The notes under the pieces: generated by a model
What the model saw: the letters and a program-made list of their open reading frames with translations, nothing else
Database searches by the model: none
Told to the model about the DNA's origin: nothing
Origin: Alphaproteobacteria bacterium
Lineage (GTDB): Bacteria; Pseudomonadota; Alphaproteobacteria; Rs-D84
Assembly: GCA_009777955.1 (NCBI GenBank)
Contig: WRKW01000001.1
Location: forward strand, 162,309-226,308
Length of the DNA stretch: 64,000 bases
Direction of reading: 5' to 3'
Translations under genes and position numbers: made by a program
Part shown: one piece after another, positions 62,080 through 64,000 of the stretch
Layout of the letters: every line of letters begins with the position of its first letter
Position numbering within the stretch: the stretch's first letter is position 1

Positions 62080-64000
62080 TTATTTTACAACGAAGTTAAT
62101 CAGCTTTCCCGGTACAACTATGGTTTTTACAATCGTGGTTATAAATCTTGCGACAGCGGTTTCCGCCGCCGCGATTATTTCTGATTCTGATGTGTTTGTG
62201 GCCACGGTTATTTCCCCGCGATTTTTGCCATTCACAGAAACGCCCAGTGTCATTGTAGACGCAACAAGTTTGGATTCATCCGCAACCGGCCATGGATGAA
62301 ATACCAACATGTCTTTATACCCCAGCTTTTCCCACATTTCTTCGGAAAGGTGCGGTGCAAACGGGTTAAGGACTTGCAGCAATGCTTCGTATGCTGGATG
62401 CGGCATACCACTTGGAAATTCGTTTATAAACTCCATCATCGCGCTTATGGCAGTGTTAAAGTTCATATTCTCAACGCGGTGGGTCATTTTGACTATCAAG
62501 TCGTTGATTAAGTATTCATTATCTGGCGTTAAAGCGTCATTGGTCAAATTGTCCGAAAAAGTTTCGACACGTTTCAAGAACCGTTGGATTCCGGTCAGGG
62601 TATCTTCTGACCAGTTTACATTTGATCCAAATGGTCCCAAAAATTGAATGGTCATACGACAGGCATCGGCACCGGCACGTTCGACTACTTCGGAACTGGG
62701 TACCAGATTTCCCAAAGACTTTGACATTTTTTTCCCGTCAGATCCCATTAACAATCCGCTTGTGGTGCGTTTTTTATAGGGTTCCACACCAGATACCAGA
62801 CCCAGGTCGTACAGTGCCTTGTACCAGAATCGCGAATACATCATGTGGCGTGTAACGTGTTCCATCGGGCCATTGTAGTGATCAACCGGCATCCATTTGT
62901 CCATCGCTGTGCGGTTGCAGAAATCTGATTTATTGTGTGGATCCAGATAACGCAGGAAATACCAGCTGCTGCCGGCCCATCCCGGCATAGTATCGGTTTC
63001 GCGCTTTCCCGGCTGGCCACATTTCGGACATGTCGTATTTACCCAATCAACCGCGCGAGCCAGTGGTGATTCGCCGTCTTCGGTTGGTCTGTAATCTTTC
63101 ATGTATGGTTGCATCAGTGGCAGTTGATCATCAGGTACCGGTACCCAGCCGCAACTGTCGCATTGTATCAAAGGTATGGGTTCGCCCCAATACATTTGGC
63201 GGGAAAAGCCCCAGTCACGCATTTTATACTGTTTTGTCATACGGGCAAAGCCGCCTTTGTCGCCGATTTTGATAGCGGCCGCCATTGCATCTTCTTTGCT
63301 CATTCCATCCATGAATTCAGAATTAATGTGTGCCCCGTCGAACTCCCATGCGGATTGTGAAACATCACCGCCGGCAAGAACCTGTACAATTGGCAGACCG
63401 AATTTTTTTGCAAAATCGTAATCACGCTGGTCATGCGCAGGTACCGCCATGATTGCGCCGTGTCCGTAATCGGCCAGGACATAATCGGAAATGAATAATG
63501 GAATTTCCATGTTGTTAAACGGATTGATTGCGGCGATGCCGTCCAGTTTTACACCGGTTTTTTCGCGTCCCGCATCAGTGCGTTCGAATTCGGATTTTGC
63601 TTTTGCTGTGGTAATATATGCATGCACTTCGTCAGCATTTTTAATATTGCCTTTATCAAGCCATTTTTGCACCAGCTTGTGCTCTGGCGCTATGACGCAG
63701 AATGTCACACCGAATATGGTATCGATGCGTGTGGTATATACGGTCATAATATCATCGCCGACTTTGAAGTCTATATCCGCGCCATAAGAACGCCCGACCC
63801 AGTTGATTTGCGCAACACGCACGGGATCGGGATAATCGACCAATGCAAGGTCATCGACCAGCCTATCCGCGTATTTTGTGATGGCCAGATTCCACTGTTC
63901 TTTCATTTTCTTTTCGATAGATCCCTGGCAGCGCGGACAGTTGCCGTCTTCCAATTCTTCATTGGTAAATGTGGTTTTGCAACCCGAACACCAATTCATG
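62080..64000 (-). CDS. leuS: Leucine--tRNA ligase, C-terminal two-thirds. The N-terminus lies beyond the window end.
   Basis: It contains the LeuS zinc/editing region (CPRCQG...), the KMSKS motif (KMSKSLGN) and the C-terminal anticodon-binding domain. The frame is open to the window edge. Confidence 0.9.
   Translation of the reverse strand, partial: MNWCSGCKTTFTNEELEDGNCPRCQGSIEKKMKEQWNLAITKYADRLVDDLALVDYPDPVRVAQINWVGRSYGADIDFKVGDDIMTVYTTRIDTIFGVTFCVIAPEHKLVQKWLDKGNIKNADEVHAYITTAKAKSEFERTDAGREKTGVKLDGIAAINPFNNMEIPLFISDYVLADYGHGAIMAVPAHDQRDYDFAKKFGLPIVQVLAGGDVSQSAWEFDGAHINSEFMDGMSKEDAMAAAIKIGDKGGFARMTKQYKMRDWGFSRQMYWGEPIPLIQCDSCGWVPVPDDQLPLMQPYMKDYRPTEDGESPLARAVDWVNTTCPKCGQPGKRETDTMPGWAGSSWYFLRYLDPHNKSDFCNRTAMDKWMPVDHYNGPMEHVTRHMMYSRFWYKALYDLGLVSGVEPYKKRTTSGLLMGSDGKKMSKSLGNLVPSSEVVERAGADACRMTIQFLGPFGSNVNWSEDTLTGIQRFLKRVETFSDNLTNDALTPDNEYLINDLIVKMTHRVENMNFNTAISAMMEFINEFPSGMPHPAYEALLQVLNPFAPHLSEEMWEKLGYKDMLVFHPWPVADESKLVASTMTLGVSVNGKNRGEITVATNTSESEIIAAAETAVARFITTIVKTIVVPGKLINFVVK

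Overview
This window looks like chromosomal DNA from an alphaproteobacterium, with several accessory insertions set among housekeeping genes. I judge it alphaproteobacterial from three things: the conserved rpmF-plsX-fabH-ihfA order, an olsB-olsA ornithine-lipid operon, and an editing-less ProRS with a separate ProX/YbaK deacylase.

The housekeeping backbone is rpsA, argS, rpmG, adk, rph, rne/rng, map, clpB, zapA, holA-lptE-leuS, proS and an Mpl-like Mur ligase.

The items I rate most interesting are:
- A translationally coupled three-gene operon next to tRNA-Leu(CAG): an Mrr_N-like winged helix, a PP-loop PAPS-reductase-like ATPase and a ParB/sulfiredoxin-like nuclease (IbrA/IbrB-like). I read it as a candidate DNA-modification or defence module.
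- A tRNA-Lys(CUU) gene interrupted in the anticodon loop by a 191-nt group I intron. The intron has strong core similarity to the Azoarcus/Anabaena tRNA introns.
- A 1007-aa protein with two tandem GHKL/Bergerat-type ATPase modules and a C-terminal HExxH motif.

Other accessory content:
- A 1543-aa secreted collagen-like protein with phage-tail-fibre-like repeats sits antisense between plsX and fabH and carries in-frame 93-126-bp tandem repeats.
- A Slam (DUF560) transporter is paired with a TbpB-like surface lipoprotein.
- A secreted glycine-zipper-like protein is coupled to a trypsin-like protease.
- A 913-aa coiled-coil protein lies between two MITE-like elements and tRNA-Leu(TAG).
- A family of MITE-like dispersed repeats with GAATGAATAATGAATAAT terminal inverted repeats has at least five copies.
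- A tandemly duplicated palindromic element sits beside a GIY-YIG mini-nuclease.
- There is a Pmp-like autotransporter, several C-terminal-Phe outer-membrane barrels, and a low-GC islet downstream of tRNA-Leu(CAG).

All calls rest on reading the sequence and the ORF translations by eye. No database searches were run.
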